DNA of 24,000 bases from Granulosicoccaceae bacterium (GTDB lineage Bacteria; Pseudomonadota; Gammaproteobacteria; Granulosicoccales; Granulosicoccaceae): assembly GCA_965222695.1 (NCBI GenBank), contig OZ244967.1:2977782-3001781 (forward strand). Direction: 5' to 3'. The position numbers and the translations under genes were made by a program. The notes under the pieces were generated by a model. It worked only from the letters and a program-made list of their open reading frames with translations, searched no databases and was not told the DNA's origin. The first letter of the stretch is position 1. Every line of letters starts with the position of its first letter. Of the stretch, positions 1 to 9,381 are shown one piece after another.

Positions 1-703
1 TACAATGAAACATCGGAACCGTATATAAGTAGACCGGATGCGGTGGCAGATGCCAGGCGGCAACTGTGCCCAAAGCCATAATATATGAGCCGCGGTGATG
101 ATAAACCACGCCTTTGGGCCGTCCGGAAGTGCCTGAAGTATAGTTAAGAGCCAGAGCCTGCCATTCGTCTGTGGGAAAGTCCCAGTCGAATTGCGGGTCT
201 CCGGAATCAAGGAATGACTCGTAGTCCAGAAAACGCTCATCTTCACCCGGGTTTTGATTTGCGGAAGCGATTTTGATCAACAGTGGATGATTCTTAATAG
301 GATCCAGGGCGTTTTCGACGCTGGAAATAACGCTACTATCGGCTATGAGAACTTTCGCATCACTGTCGTTCAAAATGTAAGCGATTGTTTCCGCCTCAAG
401 ACGTGTGTTGATCGTATTGATCACTGCCCCTGACATGGGAATCGCAAAATGAGCTTCGAATAAGGCATGGTTATTCGGGGAAATGATGGACACTGTATCG
501 CCTTTTCCGATTCCATGGCGAACCAATGCACTGGCTAGAGAGCGGGATCTGGTATAGATGTCAGGCCAGCTAAAACTTCGTGACCCGGCAATCAAAGCCG
601 TTCTGTCGGCATAGACATTCGCGCTGCGTTTCAAAAATGAAAGTGGTGTCAGTGGAACATAGTTTGCGGCGTTTTGCGGCAGTGCTTCAAAGTTTGCCAG
701 CAT
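1..703 (-). CDS. Acyl-CoA synthetase / AMP-dependent ligase, N-terminal part (truncated by left window edge)
   Basis: Manual translation from the CAT at 701-703 gives an open frame to the edge: MLANFEALPQNAANYVPLTPLSFLKRSANVYADRTALIAGSRSFSWPDIYTRSRSLASALVRHGIGKGDTVSIISPNNHALFEAHFAIPMSGAVINTINTRL...NYTSGTSGRPKGVVYHHRG. It contains the AMP-binding signature YTSGTSGRPKGV. Not in the supplied ORF track, probably because it is cut by the edge. Confidence 0.93.
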   Translation of the reverse strand, partial: MLANFEALPQNAANYVPLTPLSFLKRSANVYADRTALIAGSRSFSWPDIYTRSRSLASALVRHGIGKGDTVSIISPNNHALFEAHFAIPMSGAVINTINTRLEAETIAYILNDSDAKVLIADSSVISSVENALDPIKNHPLLIKIASANQNPGEDERFLDYESFLDSGDPQFDWDFPTDEWQALALNYTSGTSGRPKGVVYHHRGSYIMALGTVAAWHLPPHPVYLYTVPMFHC

Positions 704-752
704 TGTTCATTTCCCCCTACGGTCCGGCGTGGCGAATTTTCACTTTGCTCTA

Positions 753-842
753 GAGGCTGTCGTCAGGAGTTTGCTTGCCGCTGCCTTGCTGGTAGAAAAA
801 ATACTCTGCGGCAGCTGCAAGCAAACTCCTGACGACAGCCTC
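753..842. repeat. Near-perfect inverted repeat: 33-bp arms (753-785 and 810-842), 32/33 matched, 24-nt loop
   Basis: Left arm GAGGCTGTCGTCAGGAGTTTGCTTGCCGCTGCC; reverse complement of right arm GAGGCTGTCGTCAGGAGTTTGCTTGCAGCTGCC. Confidence 0.95.
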
Positions 843-884
843 CAGCAAGCAGTATATCTCTTCACGTCGCAGAATTCATACGCA

Positions 885-914
885 AAAATAAGGGGCCTCT
901 CGACCCCTTTTTGA
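885..914 (-). terminator. Possible intrinsic terminator downstream of the comEA-like gene
   Basis: AAGGGG (890-895) / CCCCTT (904-909) stem. On the minus strand it is followed by ATTTTTG; T-rich on both sides, so possibly bidirectional. The stem is only 6 bp. Confidence 0.5.
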
Positions 915-974
915 GTTTCACTACAAAGAATTCGGCAAATGTTATTGTCGCCGTCTGTCTTCCCTTTGGCTTTT

Positions 975-1355
975 TTAGCCATCCTTTTTGGTCGACTCCT
1001 GTTTTTTATCCTTCTCGACTTTGGCCGATTCTTTCTTCTCGTCCAACGCCTTTTTCGTCGACAGAGGATCTCCCTCTTTAACACCGGAATTCAGTGACAG
1101 TGACTTGCGATTGCTGTCCAGTATTTCCGATCCTATGCCCGGAACGTTCTTCAGCTCCTCTATGCTTTTGAATGATCCGTGTTTGTTTCGGTATTTGATT
1201 ATGGCATCCGCTTTCACCGGGCCTATGCCTGTCAGGTGCAGCTGAAGTGCGGCGGAATTGGCTTCGTTTATATTAACGACTTCGGCTGAAACATTAGCGC
1301 AGAAAAAACCGAAAAGAAGGGTGAAAATCAAGCTAAGAGTGGATTTCTTTAACAT
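975..1355 (-). CDS. ComEA-family helix-hairpin-helix protein (secreted/periplasmic)
   Basis: Tandem HhH motif VNINEANSAALQLHLTGIGPVKADAIIKYRNKHGSFKSIEELKNVPGIG. The likely true start is the internal Met at 1355 (MLKKSTLSLIFTLLFGFFCANVSA signal peptide, AAGGAAC upstream), not 1511. Lysine-rich C-terminal tail. Confidence 0.85.
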   Translation of the reverse strand: MLKKSTLSLIFTLLFGFFCANVSAEVVNINEANSAALQLHLTGIGPVKADAIIKYRNKHGSFKSIEELKNVPGIGSEILDSNRKSLSLNSGVKEGDPLSTKKALDEKKESAKVEKDKKQESTKKDG

Positions 1356-1554
1356 CTTAAGTTCCTTTTTAGAGTTAAAAACATGCCGCATTCGATTTGC
1401 AGCGGCCTCAATAATGCAACATGCCGGGAGGAACTGAAACCCAAAAATGTTAAATATCTGTAACAATTCGTTCGTATAAAATTTAATCTTAAATTTTGTG
1501 ACGCAGATCACATAATTCCTTGCCTTTGCTTAAGATTCTAATACTGAGTTTCAC

Positions 1555-4152
1555 CTAAAGCTCTTCAGTCAGCATCGGTAGTTCAATTACAACTCTGGTA
1601 CCAACACCAGGACTTTCCGCAGCGACAGTTCCACGATGCTGTTCCACAACTCTGGATACCAGTGCAAGACCGAGACCTGAACCTTGGTACTCGCGTTCAA
1701 CGGAGTTGCTGCGTTTAAAGCGTTGAAATAAGGTACTGATCTTGCCTTCATCCATGCCAATCCCCTGGTCGAGTACCTCACAGACGACTTTGTGATCTTT
1801 AGCATACACACTGATACGTATAGTAGTTTTTTTGGGGCTGTACTTTATTGCATTTCCGATGACATTGACCAAGGCTCGCTCCAACAGAATCGCATTACCG
1901 CTGACCCAAAGATCGTCCTCCTCATTCTGCCGGATTTTAATTTCGATGGATTTTCCCTGCGCCTGAGGCATCAACTGGTCGATGGAATTATTGACGACAT
2001 TGTCAAACAACACAGGCTCAAGTTCATCTTGCTTCAAATTATCGGCCCTCGAAAGGTTTAACAGATCATCGATCATACCCAGACTTTGATTAATATTGCT
2101 TTCGATCCGGTCGAGGTTGGATGTATCATGTTCCATCACGAGTTCTTTCTGCGTCGACAAAAGATACACCGAGGAAATCAAAGGTGAACGTAAATCGTGG
2201 GAAAGATATTCAACCATTTCAGCCCGTGCCCGTTCACTCTCGCGAATCGCGGTAACATCGACTATACTCGCTACCATCAGGCGATCCGCAAATCGCTGAC
2301 CGATAACACTGAAATCAATGACTTTCTCGGCGCCGTGTACATCATAGTCAATTTGCCAGGATTGTTTTTCGATCAACAACTCACGCAAAAGCGGGGTATC
2401 GTCCTTACCCGGTTCTTTGTTAAGTGAACGCAAAAAGCTTATCAGCTCGGGTTCCTCTCCAAGTATTTCAGGCAGCATGGTATGTGCAAGTTCATTCATG
2501 CGAACGAATTCTCCCGCCATATTCCATACCACCAATCCGGCCGGGCTGCCGTGAAATATACTTTCACTCAAGGTATTTATCCGTAACAACTTGTCCATGC
2601 GAGAGCTCAGCTGCTGCGCTTTTATTTGCAGACGCTCAACCGTGTCGATATGACTGTCCGCACGCCGCCGGTCACGCACCCGCGACAGACTGTCGATCAT
2701 AAATGTGATTTCATCAGCATATTCCACATCTGAAATATTTAAATAAATAAAAAGCTTATCTGCAGTTTGATAGGATTTGAAATAGTGATTATCAAAATGC
2801 CTCCAGTTTCCTGCTGTTGTCTCCGGCAGTTTTTTATCTATGGTCTGTCCGTTTTGAAACACCAGTTCATTGCTGATAAATTTCCAGCCTTGTATTGGCA
2901 GATGATGCATGGCTGAATCCAGATAATTGACCAGAGATGCTGTTGCTGAACTGGATATAGGAGGTATTTCCGTATCCATTTCATTAATTTCGTCTTGAAT
3001 AAAACGGGAAACAAAGTCCAGTCTATGCCAGCTCCATATTGGAAAGCTGAGCAAAATTGGAATAGAAGCGGAGAGCGGAGGGTACCAGAGTTGCTGTTTC
3101 ACATAAAGTAAAAAGCTGATAATAATGGGCACAAAAGCCAATAAAAAAGATGCGATAAGCCCGACTCCGGGAGTGAATCGTACATAGAAAAATATAACGA
3201 TAAGCACCAATACCGCGGTAACCAGATAACTCAAGTGGTAATCGGAGGCCGTGACCAGGCGCTGATCCCGTAACGCGGAGAAGATTGTCGCGTGGACTTC
3301 GACGCCCGACATAGGGTGCGAATTTGAAGAAACCGGGGTCGGCTGTATATCCCCCAGGCCGGTGGCGGTAACACCTACAAAAACGTGTTTACCCCTTAAA
3401 GATTGAGTCTCGAAATCTCCCTCGATCACGTCGCTGGCTGACAAGGTTTTAAATGTACCGCTGGGGCCGTAGAAGGGGATCAAAACCTGATAGTCGGATA
3501 CCCAGGAAAACATGATGGGGCTGCGCTCAAGCCGCTTGCCCGGTAACTCCTCTGGTACTTCACCCAGCATCTCGGCAAGCGACAGACTCAGTGTAGACCA
3601 GTGCGCTGATTTGAATCCGGACTTTAAATTGACCCTGCGAACAATCCCATCCGGATCGACGGGTAGAAATACATGCCCCAAACCGGCAACGGCCATGGTG
3701 ATTTCCGGAATGGGTAATTTTTCCGGATTGATCTTACCGGCACTGTATTCTCCGGTCAGTATCGGCAGGATCACATTCCCGTTTTCCGAAATAACCTGAG
3801 AAAGCATGAAATCGTTACCGGTGGACGCCTGATCTGCTTCGGTAAACAGGATATCGAGTATCAGTGATTGCGCCTTCGATTCGGTAATCTGCCGGACGAG
3901 GGTCGCCTGTATATCCCGCGACCAGGGCCATCTTCCGATCTTCTGCAGGCTTGTGGAATCGATGCCGATGATGACCACGTCGTCCGGAGGTTCGGCCTTG
4001 TTGAGACGTGCCCATAAGTCATGAATCAAAATATCGGGTTTATCGGTAAATCTCGCCCAATCTAAAACTGCGGTTACGAGCAGCAATAAAGCGTAAAAAA
4101 CCAATAAAGAGACATAACTGACACGAGCGATTGAATTGACAGCACCGGGCAT
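1555..4152 (-). CDS. CHASE2-domain sensor histidine kinase with PAS-like domain
   Basis: N-terminal CHASE2 pattern (VVIIGIDSTSLQKIGRWPWSRD..., SLILDILFTEAD), several C-terminal TM segments, PAS-like region, HisKA motif YLSHDLRSPLISS, HATPase motifs NVIGNAIKYSPKK, DQGIGM, GSGLGLAL. Confidence 0.9.
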   Translation of the reverse strand: MPGAVNSIARVSYVSLLVFYALLLLVTAVLDWARFTDKPDILIHDLWARLNKAEPPDDVVIIGIDSTSLQKIGRWPWSRDIQATLVRQITESKAQSLILDILFTEADQASTGNDFMLSQVISENGNVILPILTGEYSAGKINPEKLPIPEITMAVAGLGHVFLPVDPDGIVRRVNLKSGFKSAHWSTLSLSLAEMLGEVPEELPGKRLERSPIMFSWVSDYQVLIPFYGPSGTFKTLSASDVIEGDFETQSLRGKHVFVGVTATGLGDIQPTPVSSNSHPMSGVEVHATIFSALRDQRLVTASDYHLSYLVTAVLVLIVIFFYVRFTPGVGLIASFLLAFVPIIISFLLYVKQQLWYPPLSASIPILLSFPIWSWHRLDFVSRFIQDEINEMDTEIPPISSSATASLVNYLDSAMHHLPIQGWKFISNELVFQNGQTIDKKLPETTAGNWRHFDNHYFKSYQTADKLFIYLNISDVEYADEITFMIDSLSRVRDRRRADSHIDTVERLQIKAQQLSSRMDKLLRINTLSESIFHGSPAGLVVWNMAGEFVRMNELAHTMLPEILGEEPELISFLRSLNKEPGKDDTPLLRELLIEKQSWQIDYDVHGAEKVIDFSVIGQRFADRLMVASIVDVTAIRESERARAEMVEYLSHDLRSPLISSVYLLSTQKELVMEHDTSNLDRIESNINQSLGMIDDLLNLSRADNLKQDELEPVLFDNVVNNSIDQLMPQAQGKSIEIKIRQNEEDDLWVSGNAILLERALVNVIGNAIKYSPKKTTIRISVYAKDHKVVCEVLDQGIGMDEGKISTLFQRFKRSNSVEREYQGSGLGLALVSRVVEQHRGTVAAESPGVGTRVVIELPMLTEEL

Positions 4153-4236
4153 AAATTCAGTTACTATAGACGATGGCGTGATCTCTTACTTATCTAACCA
4201 CGATTGTTAGGCGGCAGAATAATTTTTTTTCCGGCA

Positions 4237-5571
4237 TTACGGATTAGCTTGCCGGATTTCTATGACTTGGCTAAACGGACCGACCTTAAAATCCGGGTAA
4301 ACCGCGCGGGCTCTTCCCCACAATTTAGCACTATCGGCGAAACTCAATTTCGCGCCTTGCCCGACATCAAGGTCAACGCTGCGTACATCAACAAACTCGG
4401 GATCAGAAGATATCTGCATCTCATAAGTAACCGCTCCCGGAACCCCTGCATCAAGGTTAAATCCCGCGTCAGAATCAACGAGGATACCGCTGATGCGGGG
4501 TCTTTCAGCAGAATCGATACGGGTAACAAGATTTACCTCTTTTGTTGCAGGCATACCTTTCAAACCGTTGCTGTCAATCGCCCGCAAGAGAATATAGTGC
4601 TTGCCTCCTCGATCAAGGCTGATTTCGTAACGATTTTCATCGACAGCTTCGGCCTTACGTACCCGGGTCGCTAATTCATCCTCTGAAATTTGCACCAGAT
4701 AACGCTTTGCTTCTGGATCACCCCACCAATGCAACGAATCTGCAGCAGCCAGCCTGGCAGGCACGTTCCTAAAAACCGGAGCTTGCAGTAACAGCGTCGG
4801 AATTCCAGGTGGTTCGCCGATTCTCGATTTGGCGCCGAATCCCTGATTGAGTTCTGCGGTAATTCCCTCAGCACTTAAATCAACCTGTCCCCTGGTAACA
4901 CTCGTACTTGATTCCTGTACACCAGAGTCCATATCAAATACTGTTCCACGCACCGCGGCAGATCCACTGGGTGTATTGATTCTAAACCTTACCGGCTGTT
5001 TCTGACTTGCATTAACACGCGACTGAACACTACCTTCTTCAGTATAGAGTTCGATTGCGCAGTCCTCATCGCTATCCTCGCAATCTATATCGACTATGGT
5101 AATATGGCTCGACGGCTGTATATTAATAACACTACCTGAACTGAACTCGACACTGACAAATCCACTTTGTCCGGTAAAAATTTCATCTCCTACTTTAATC
5201 TCATCACCTCTGTGCAGTTCCTCTTTGTGCTTCGTCCGTGCGGAACGCCTGAATGCCGTACCTTTTACAAATAATACAATTGCGCGCTCCTGAGACCGCG
5301 TATAGGTCAAAGGTATTCTGATCTTCTGTCCTTGTTGAATCTTTCTTGGGTCCTGGATATTGTTGTGACGGGCAACTGCAGGCCAGTACACAGCCGAGCG
5401 CATCTCACGTTCAACAATTTCAGAAAGAGTTTCCCCGGGCTGGACGGTTACCAGGCGTTCACTGCGAAAATCAGGAGCCGCCTCTAAACATGAGGTGAAG
5501 AGCATTAAGGTCAGCAACACCGACCAGCCGCAAGCCCGGGTTCGTCGATCTGAATCAGCGCAGTGTCTCAT
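4237..5571 (-). CDS. LysM + FecR-domain secreted protein
   Basis: Signal peptide; LysM-like VTVQPGETLSEIVEREMRSAVYWPAVARHNNIQDPRKIQQGQKIRIPL; FecR-like VGDEIFTGQSGFVSVEFSSGSVINIQP...FRINTPSGSAAVRGTVFDM. Confidence 0.85.
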   Translation of the reverse strand: MRHCADSDRRTRACGWSVLLTLMLFTSCLEAAPDFRSERLVTVQPGETLSEIVEREMRSAVYWPAVARHNNIQDPRKIQQGQKIRIPLTYTRSQERAIVLFVKGTAFRRSARTKHKEELHRGDEIKVGDEIFTGQSGFVSVEFSSGSVINIQPSSHITIVDIDCEDSDEDCAIELYTEEGSVQSRVNASQKQPVRFRINTPSGSAAVRGTVFDMDSGVQESSTSVTRGQVDLSAEGITAELNQGFGAKSRIGEPPGIPTLLLQAPVFRNVPARLAAADSLHWWGDPEAKRYLVQISEDELATRVRKAEAVDENRYEISLDRGGKHYILLRAIDSNGLKGMPATKEVNLVTRIDSAERPRISGILVDSDAGFNLDAGVPGAVTYEMQISSDPEFVDVRSVDLDVGQGAKLSFADSAKLWGRARAVYPDFKVGPFSQVIEIRQANP

Positions 5572-5619
5572 GAATACCCGTTAAATCAGTAAAAATACAA
5601 GTATAACTGCCTTGAAGTA

Positions 5620-6321
5620 CTACTGTTGTACGTACTCGTCCAATCTGTATCCGTGTTGATAGATTGAAGTGAGTTTCCAGCGTCCGGAAGATGATAATTG
5701 TAATTTTTTACGTAAGCGGCTTGCATGGGTGTCCACAGTTCGCGTGTTTAATTCCGCTGAAGTACCCCATACTGTAGTCAGCAAATGTTGTCGTGACAGT
5801 ACCCGACCACGATTGCGAAACATAAATAAAGCAAGATCATATTCCTTTTCAGTCAATCGGACAATCTCGTCGTTAAACATGACCTGGCGATTGCCTGTCT
5901 CAAACCGATAAGGTGGAAATTCCAGCACTTCCGCTTCCGGTTGCGCCCTGCGCGCCAAGGCTTTCAGTCGGGCTAAAACTTCCTTTTCCCGGGCAGGTTT
6001 TACCAGGTAATCATCAGCACCGACTTCCAGTGCCGTCACTATATCTTCCTCAGCCTGTCTTGCGGTGATAAAAATCACCGGTATGTCGCTGGCTGCAGTT
6101 TGTCGCAACCAGCGCAAGACTTCCAAACCGGAGCGTTCACCCAGCCCCCAGTCTATGGCAATAACATCGATGGTACATTTGCGAAATTCCTGTTGGAAGC
6201 TTTCAGCGTTTGAGAACACCATACAGTGATGACCCGCGCCTTCAATCCAGCTTCTCATACGTGCGGCCTGGTCCTGATCATCTTCAAGCAACGCGACCCG
6301 TAAAATTTGTACTTCGCTCAT
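5620..6321 (-). CDS. OmpR/PhoB-type response regulator
   Basis: Receiver domain (LLEDDQDQAARM, DVIAIDWGLGERSG, PVIFITAR, GADDYLVKPA) plus winged-helix C-terminus (LTEKEYDLALFMFRNRGRVLSRQHLLTTVWG...TVDTHASRLRKKL). Confidence 0.93.
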   Translation of the reverse strand: MSEVQILRVALLEDDQDQAARMRSWIEGAGHHCMVFSNAESFQQEFRKCTIDVIAIDWGLGERSGLEVLRWLRQTAASDIPVIFITARQAEEDIVTALEVGADDYLVKPAREKEVLARLKALARRAQPEAEVLEFPPYRFETGNRQVMFNDEIVRLTEKEYDLALFMFRNRGRVLSRQHLLTTVWGTSAELNTRTVDTHASRLRKKLQLSSSGRWKLTSIYQHGYRLDEYVQQ

Positions 6322-6762
6322 TTTCTCTCACACATTTGGTCAGTTCATCAGCGAACCAGCTTGTCTATTGAGGCAGATACCGATGAAAGGAACCACCACC
6401 TGGAAAGCACACGTATTCTGCTTTGCAGCATAAAGCATGCAGTACGGCACCTGGAAATTTACCGTTCCGAATAGTGTGAGTATAACAAGCCAAGCTTTTT
6501 CAGCGTTAATTATTACAAGACATTTACGCTAAACATTTCTCAATTTTAACTTAAAAATCAAGAATTAGTGTCAATTTAGTCTACGCGCATGACAACTGAA
6601 ACGGGAAATATGCAGACTGACTGCCAAGTGATCAGCAAAGTCCACCGCTAAATCGGCAGATGGTATCTCCGGCCACCAGACTGATTCATCATCCGGGTGT
6701 CACTACACAATATCCGTTGAAAAAAACTCGAATACTGTTCAGCACATGAACCAGACAAGACG

Positions 6763-7401
6763 TCAGGTCGGTAACGGATTCAGAAAATGGCGGCCCGCGT
6801 TGATACTCTCAATCTGCTCAAGCAGATTTTCATAATCCCTATTATTGTCAACAAAATTAATGTCTTTGGCATTGACCATAAGCAAGGGAGAGTCACTGTA
6901 TTCATGAAAAAAATCTGCATAAGCATCCACCACGCGCTGCAGGTACCCGCTGGCCATACGCTGCTCAAACCCGATACCGCGGGTTTGGATTCTATCCATC
7001 AGTGTCTCGGGCGGTGCCTGTAGATAAATAACCAGGTTCGGCTGAGTGACTTTGCTTACCAACGCATCATGGATTCGATTGTATATCCACAACTCATCTT
7101 CATTGAGAGTCTGTTCTGCAAACAATTTATCTTTGGCGAGCAGAAAATCGCTGACTGTCGGCTGCTCCCTCCTCTCAGGCGCGAAAGACTGCTGCAATTG
7201 CAATCTGCGAAGAAGAAAATCCAGTTGAGTGTGAAGTGCATAGTTTCCCGAACTGTTATAGAACGCCTCGAGGAAAGGGTTCTCGCGTTCCGGGTCATAA
7301 ACCATTTTTGCGCCGATCGAATCGGCAATACGGCTTGCCAGGGACGTCTTACCTACGCCTATAGGACCCTCAACAACGATATAACTTGCGTCCATATTCA
7401 A
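6763..7401 (-). CDS. Deoxynucleoside (deoxyadenosine/deoxycytidine-type) kinase
   Basis: P-loop IVVEGPIGVGKTSLA and overall dNK pattern (LQLQQ...FAEQTLNEDELWIYNRI, LVIYLQAPPETLMDRIQTRG); 4-bp overlap with folK. Confidence 0.88.
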   Translation of the reverse strand: MNMDASYIVVEGPIGVGKTSLASRIADSIGAKMVYDPERENPFLEAFYNSSGNYALHTQLDFLLRRLQLQQSFAPERREQPTVSDFLLAKDKLFAEQTLNEDELWIYNRIHDALVSKVTQPNLVIYLQAPPETLMDRIQTRGIGFEQRMASGYLQRVVDAYADFFHEYSDSPLLMVNAKDINFVDNNRDYENLLEQIESINAGRHFLNPLPT

Positions 7402-7892
7402 ATCATCTCCAGTGAATTTACGGCCTGACTATCCAGAGCTTCGATCAGCGATAAAATCGGACCGGCGCCCGGGATACATAGCGTATCATCTATCTCCGCC
7501 AGGGGAATAAGCACAAACGCACGCCGAGCCAAACCGGCATGAGGGATGATCAGCCGGTCCGAGTGATACTGCAGTTGTCCGTACAGAAGTATATCCAGAT
7601 CAATAATTCTCTCACCCCAACGCCTTTGGGTGTTCGGCCTCCCGAACCCCCGTTCGATTTTTTTGAGCGCCTGCAGCAAATCCATGGGAGCGTTGTCGGT
7701 TTCTATCTGCACTACAGCATTGATATAGTCGGGCTGGTCTTGAGGGCCCATGGGAGGTGATCTGTATAGCGAAGACTGCTTTGTTACCCTGATGGATGCA
7801 AGAGAATCCATTGACTCAATCGCATTTCTCAGCTGTTTTTCAGGCTCATAAAGATTTGACCCCAGAGCGATATAGGCAATTTCTCTAGCCAC
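7398..7892 (-). CDS. folK: 2-amino-4-hydroxy-6-hydroxymethyldihydropteridine pyrophosphokinase
   Basis: IALGSNLYEPEKQLRNAI, YRSPPMGPQDQPDYINAV, RRWGERIIDLDILLYG and RRAFVLIPLAEI motifs. Confidence 0.95.
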   Translation of the reverse strand: MAREIAYIALGSNLYEPEKQLRNAIESMDSLASIRVTKQSSLYRSPPMGPQDQPDYINAVVQIETDNAPMDLLQALKKIERGFGRPNTQRRWGERIIDLDILLYGQLQYHSDRLIIPHAGLARRAFVLIPLAEIDDTLCIPGAGPILSLIEALDSQAVNSLEMI

Positions 7893-7983
7893 CGGGACAT
7901 CCTGTAGTTTTAGGGGGTGTTCTCAATCACCAAATCCGGCGGTAAATGCAGGTGGATATTTGAATGCACATGCGTGAACGGTT

Positions 7984-9255
7984 TTATTTGTTTTTTCGTT
8001 TTTCCGGTTTGAGTTGTTCTATTGCCTTCGTTTTTTGTATCTCAGTCCACCATTCGCTTCTCTCACGCAATGATTCATTCACATTTGCGCGCAGACACAA
8101 GAAGTCGTAACCCGCCCGAAATCGTGCACTGTTCATCAAGCGAATCGCCCGTTTCTCCACATATCGTTCGAGCCGTGGTTGCATGGCCCATATTTCCCGC
8201 ATTGGCACGGAAAACCTTTTGGGCAGGGAGGTGAAAGTTAACTGTCTCGAAACCACGCGATCCGCCGCGCGAAGTATCGCCGGAACCGGCGGTTCTTCCA
8301 CTATATATTCAGCCGCCAGTTTACGTACCTGCGGCCACAACATCACAGCAAATAAAAAAGCCGGCGTTACGGGTTTACCGGAAAGTATTCTGTCATCGGT
8401 ATTTCTAAGCGCGTAAGTGACGAATTGCTCAAAATTGTCGTCCTTCGCCTTCAGGCTGGCGTCTGCGTCAGGAAATAAATACTTGAGCAAATCCATTTCA
8501 CGCAGTTTTTTCAAACTCTCCTCCGCATGACCGGTATGGAAAAGTTTCAGCACTTCCTCAAACAAACGCGCCGGAGGAATATTTCGAAGTTGACGAGACT
8601 TTTTTTCTATAGCCGCGGCTGTTTGTTGCGCTATGGTGAAATTCAGTTTGGCCGAAAAACGGGCCGCTCGAAGGCAGCGGACAGGATCTTCGGCACAACG
8701 AACATCGGGATCGCCGATAAGACGCAAGGTCCGATTATGCAAATCTTCGATTGCCCCCACATAGTCAATGATCGTATTATCAACATGAGAGTAATACAAA
8801 GCGTTAACTGAAAAGTCCCGTCTCAGTGCATCCTCTTCCATCGAGCCGAAAACATTGTCACGAACTATTCGGCCGCTCTCTTCAACCTCACCGCCTTCTC
8901 CCTGTTGATGATCTGCCCGAAAGGTTGCGACTTCGACCACTTCTCTGCCAAACAGGATATGTGCAAGCCGAAACCTTCTGCCGATCAGACGGCTGTTTTT
9001 GAACAGGGATTTTATTTCTTCAGGGCTGGCGTTTGTTGAGATATCAAAATCCTTCGGTTCCATTTTCAGCAGTAAATCACGTACGCCGCCGCCAACAAGG
9101 TAGGCTTCAAAGCCCGCCTCATTGAGTTTTTCCAGAACTCTTAGCGCATTTCCGCTTATCTTGTGCAACTCTATCTCATGCTCGGATTGCGGAACCAAAT
9201 TCGGATTGTTCAGGATATTGGTCTCACCGATAGAAAGTGGAGTACGAAAAGGCAT
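7984..9255 (-). CDS. pcnB: Poly(A) polymerase I
   Basis: HKISGNALRVLEKLNEAGFEAYLVGGGVRDLLLKMEPKDFDISTNASPEEIKSLF...GRRFRLAHILFG nucleotidyltransferase core, with the H(x)IS N-terminal pattern typical of PcnB rather than CCA-adding enzymes. Confidence 0.92.
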   Translation of the reverse strand: MPFRTPLSIGETNILNNPNLVPQSEHEIELHKISGNALRVLEKLNEAGFEAYLVGGGVRDLLLKMEPKDFDISTNASPEEIKSLFKNSRLIGRRFRLAHILFGREVVEVATFRADHQQGEGGEVEESGRIVRDNVFGSMEEDALRRDFSVNALYYSHVDNTIIDYVGAIEDLHNRTLRLIGDPDVRCAEDPVRCLRAARFSAKLNFTIAQQTAAAIEKKSRQLRNIPPARLFEEVLKLFHTGHAEESLKKLREMDLLKYLFPDADASLKAKDDNFEQFVTYALRNTDDRILSGKPVTPAFLFAVMLWPQVRKLAAEYIVEEPPVPAILRAADRVVSRQLTFTSLPKRFSVPMREIWAMQPRLERYVEKRAIRLMNSARFRAGYDFLCLRANVNESLRERSEWWTEIQKTKAIEQLKPEKRKNK

Positions 9256-9381
9256 CAGGAAATTGCGACAGTTTCAATACGCAAGGCGATCCATTCAATC
9301 AAGAAGATTAGCATACACTAATAATACCGACAATTTTCAATCTGTATAGTTTTGTAATTGAGTTTAAATATATTCAAATTA

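Noticed and set aside
753-842. Integron attC site or IS terminal inverted repeats
   Set aside because: No RYYYAAC/GTTRRRY core sites, no integrase or transposase nearby and no target-site duplication recognised.
729-914. Plus-strand 61-aa ORF spanning the inverted repeat
   Set aside because: It translates the palindrome arms and has no recognisable domain or supporting context.
740-1084. 114-aa minus-strand ORF MLKREILCRRKRRWTRRKNRPKSRR...
   Set aside because: It overlaps the well-supported comEA-like frame and the inverted repeat; the Arg/Lys-rich content is an out-of-frame reading of its Lys-rich tail.
3512-3799. Various plus-strand ORFs (1792-2061, 2197-2427, 2424-2702, 3512-3799, 4204-4674, 7069-7428 and others)
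   Set aside because: They are antisense to strongly supported minus-strand genes and have no recognisable domains; typical shadow ORFs.
4223-4255. CCGGCA...TGCCGG hairpin next to a run of eight T
   Set aside because: The T-run lies on the wrong side for the minus-strand FecR-domain gene and most of the stem is inside its coding end, so it is not a convincing terminator.
6322-6762. 440-bp intergenic region as a candidate ncRNA or mobile element
   Set aside because: Only weak short palindromes (for example TGCTTT-N7-AAAGCA) were seen; no tRNA-like fold or element ends. It is probably just the response-regulator promoter region.
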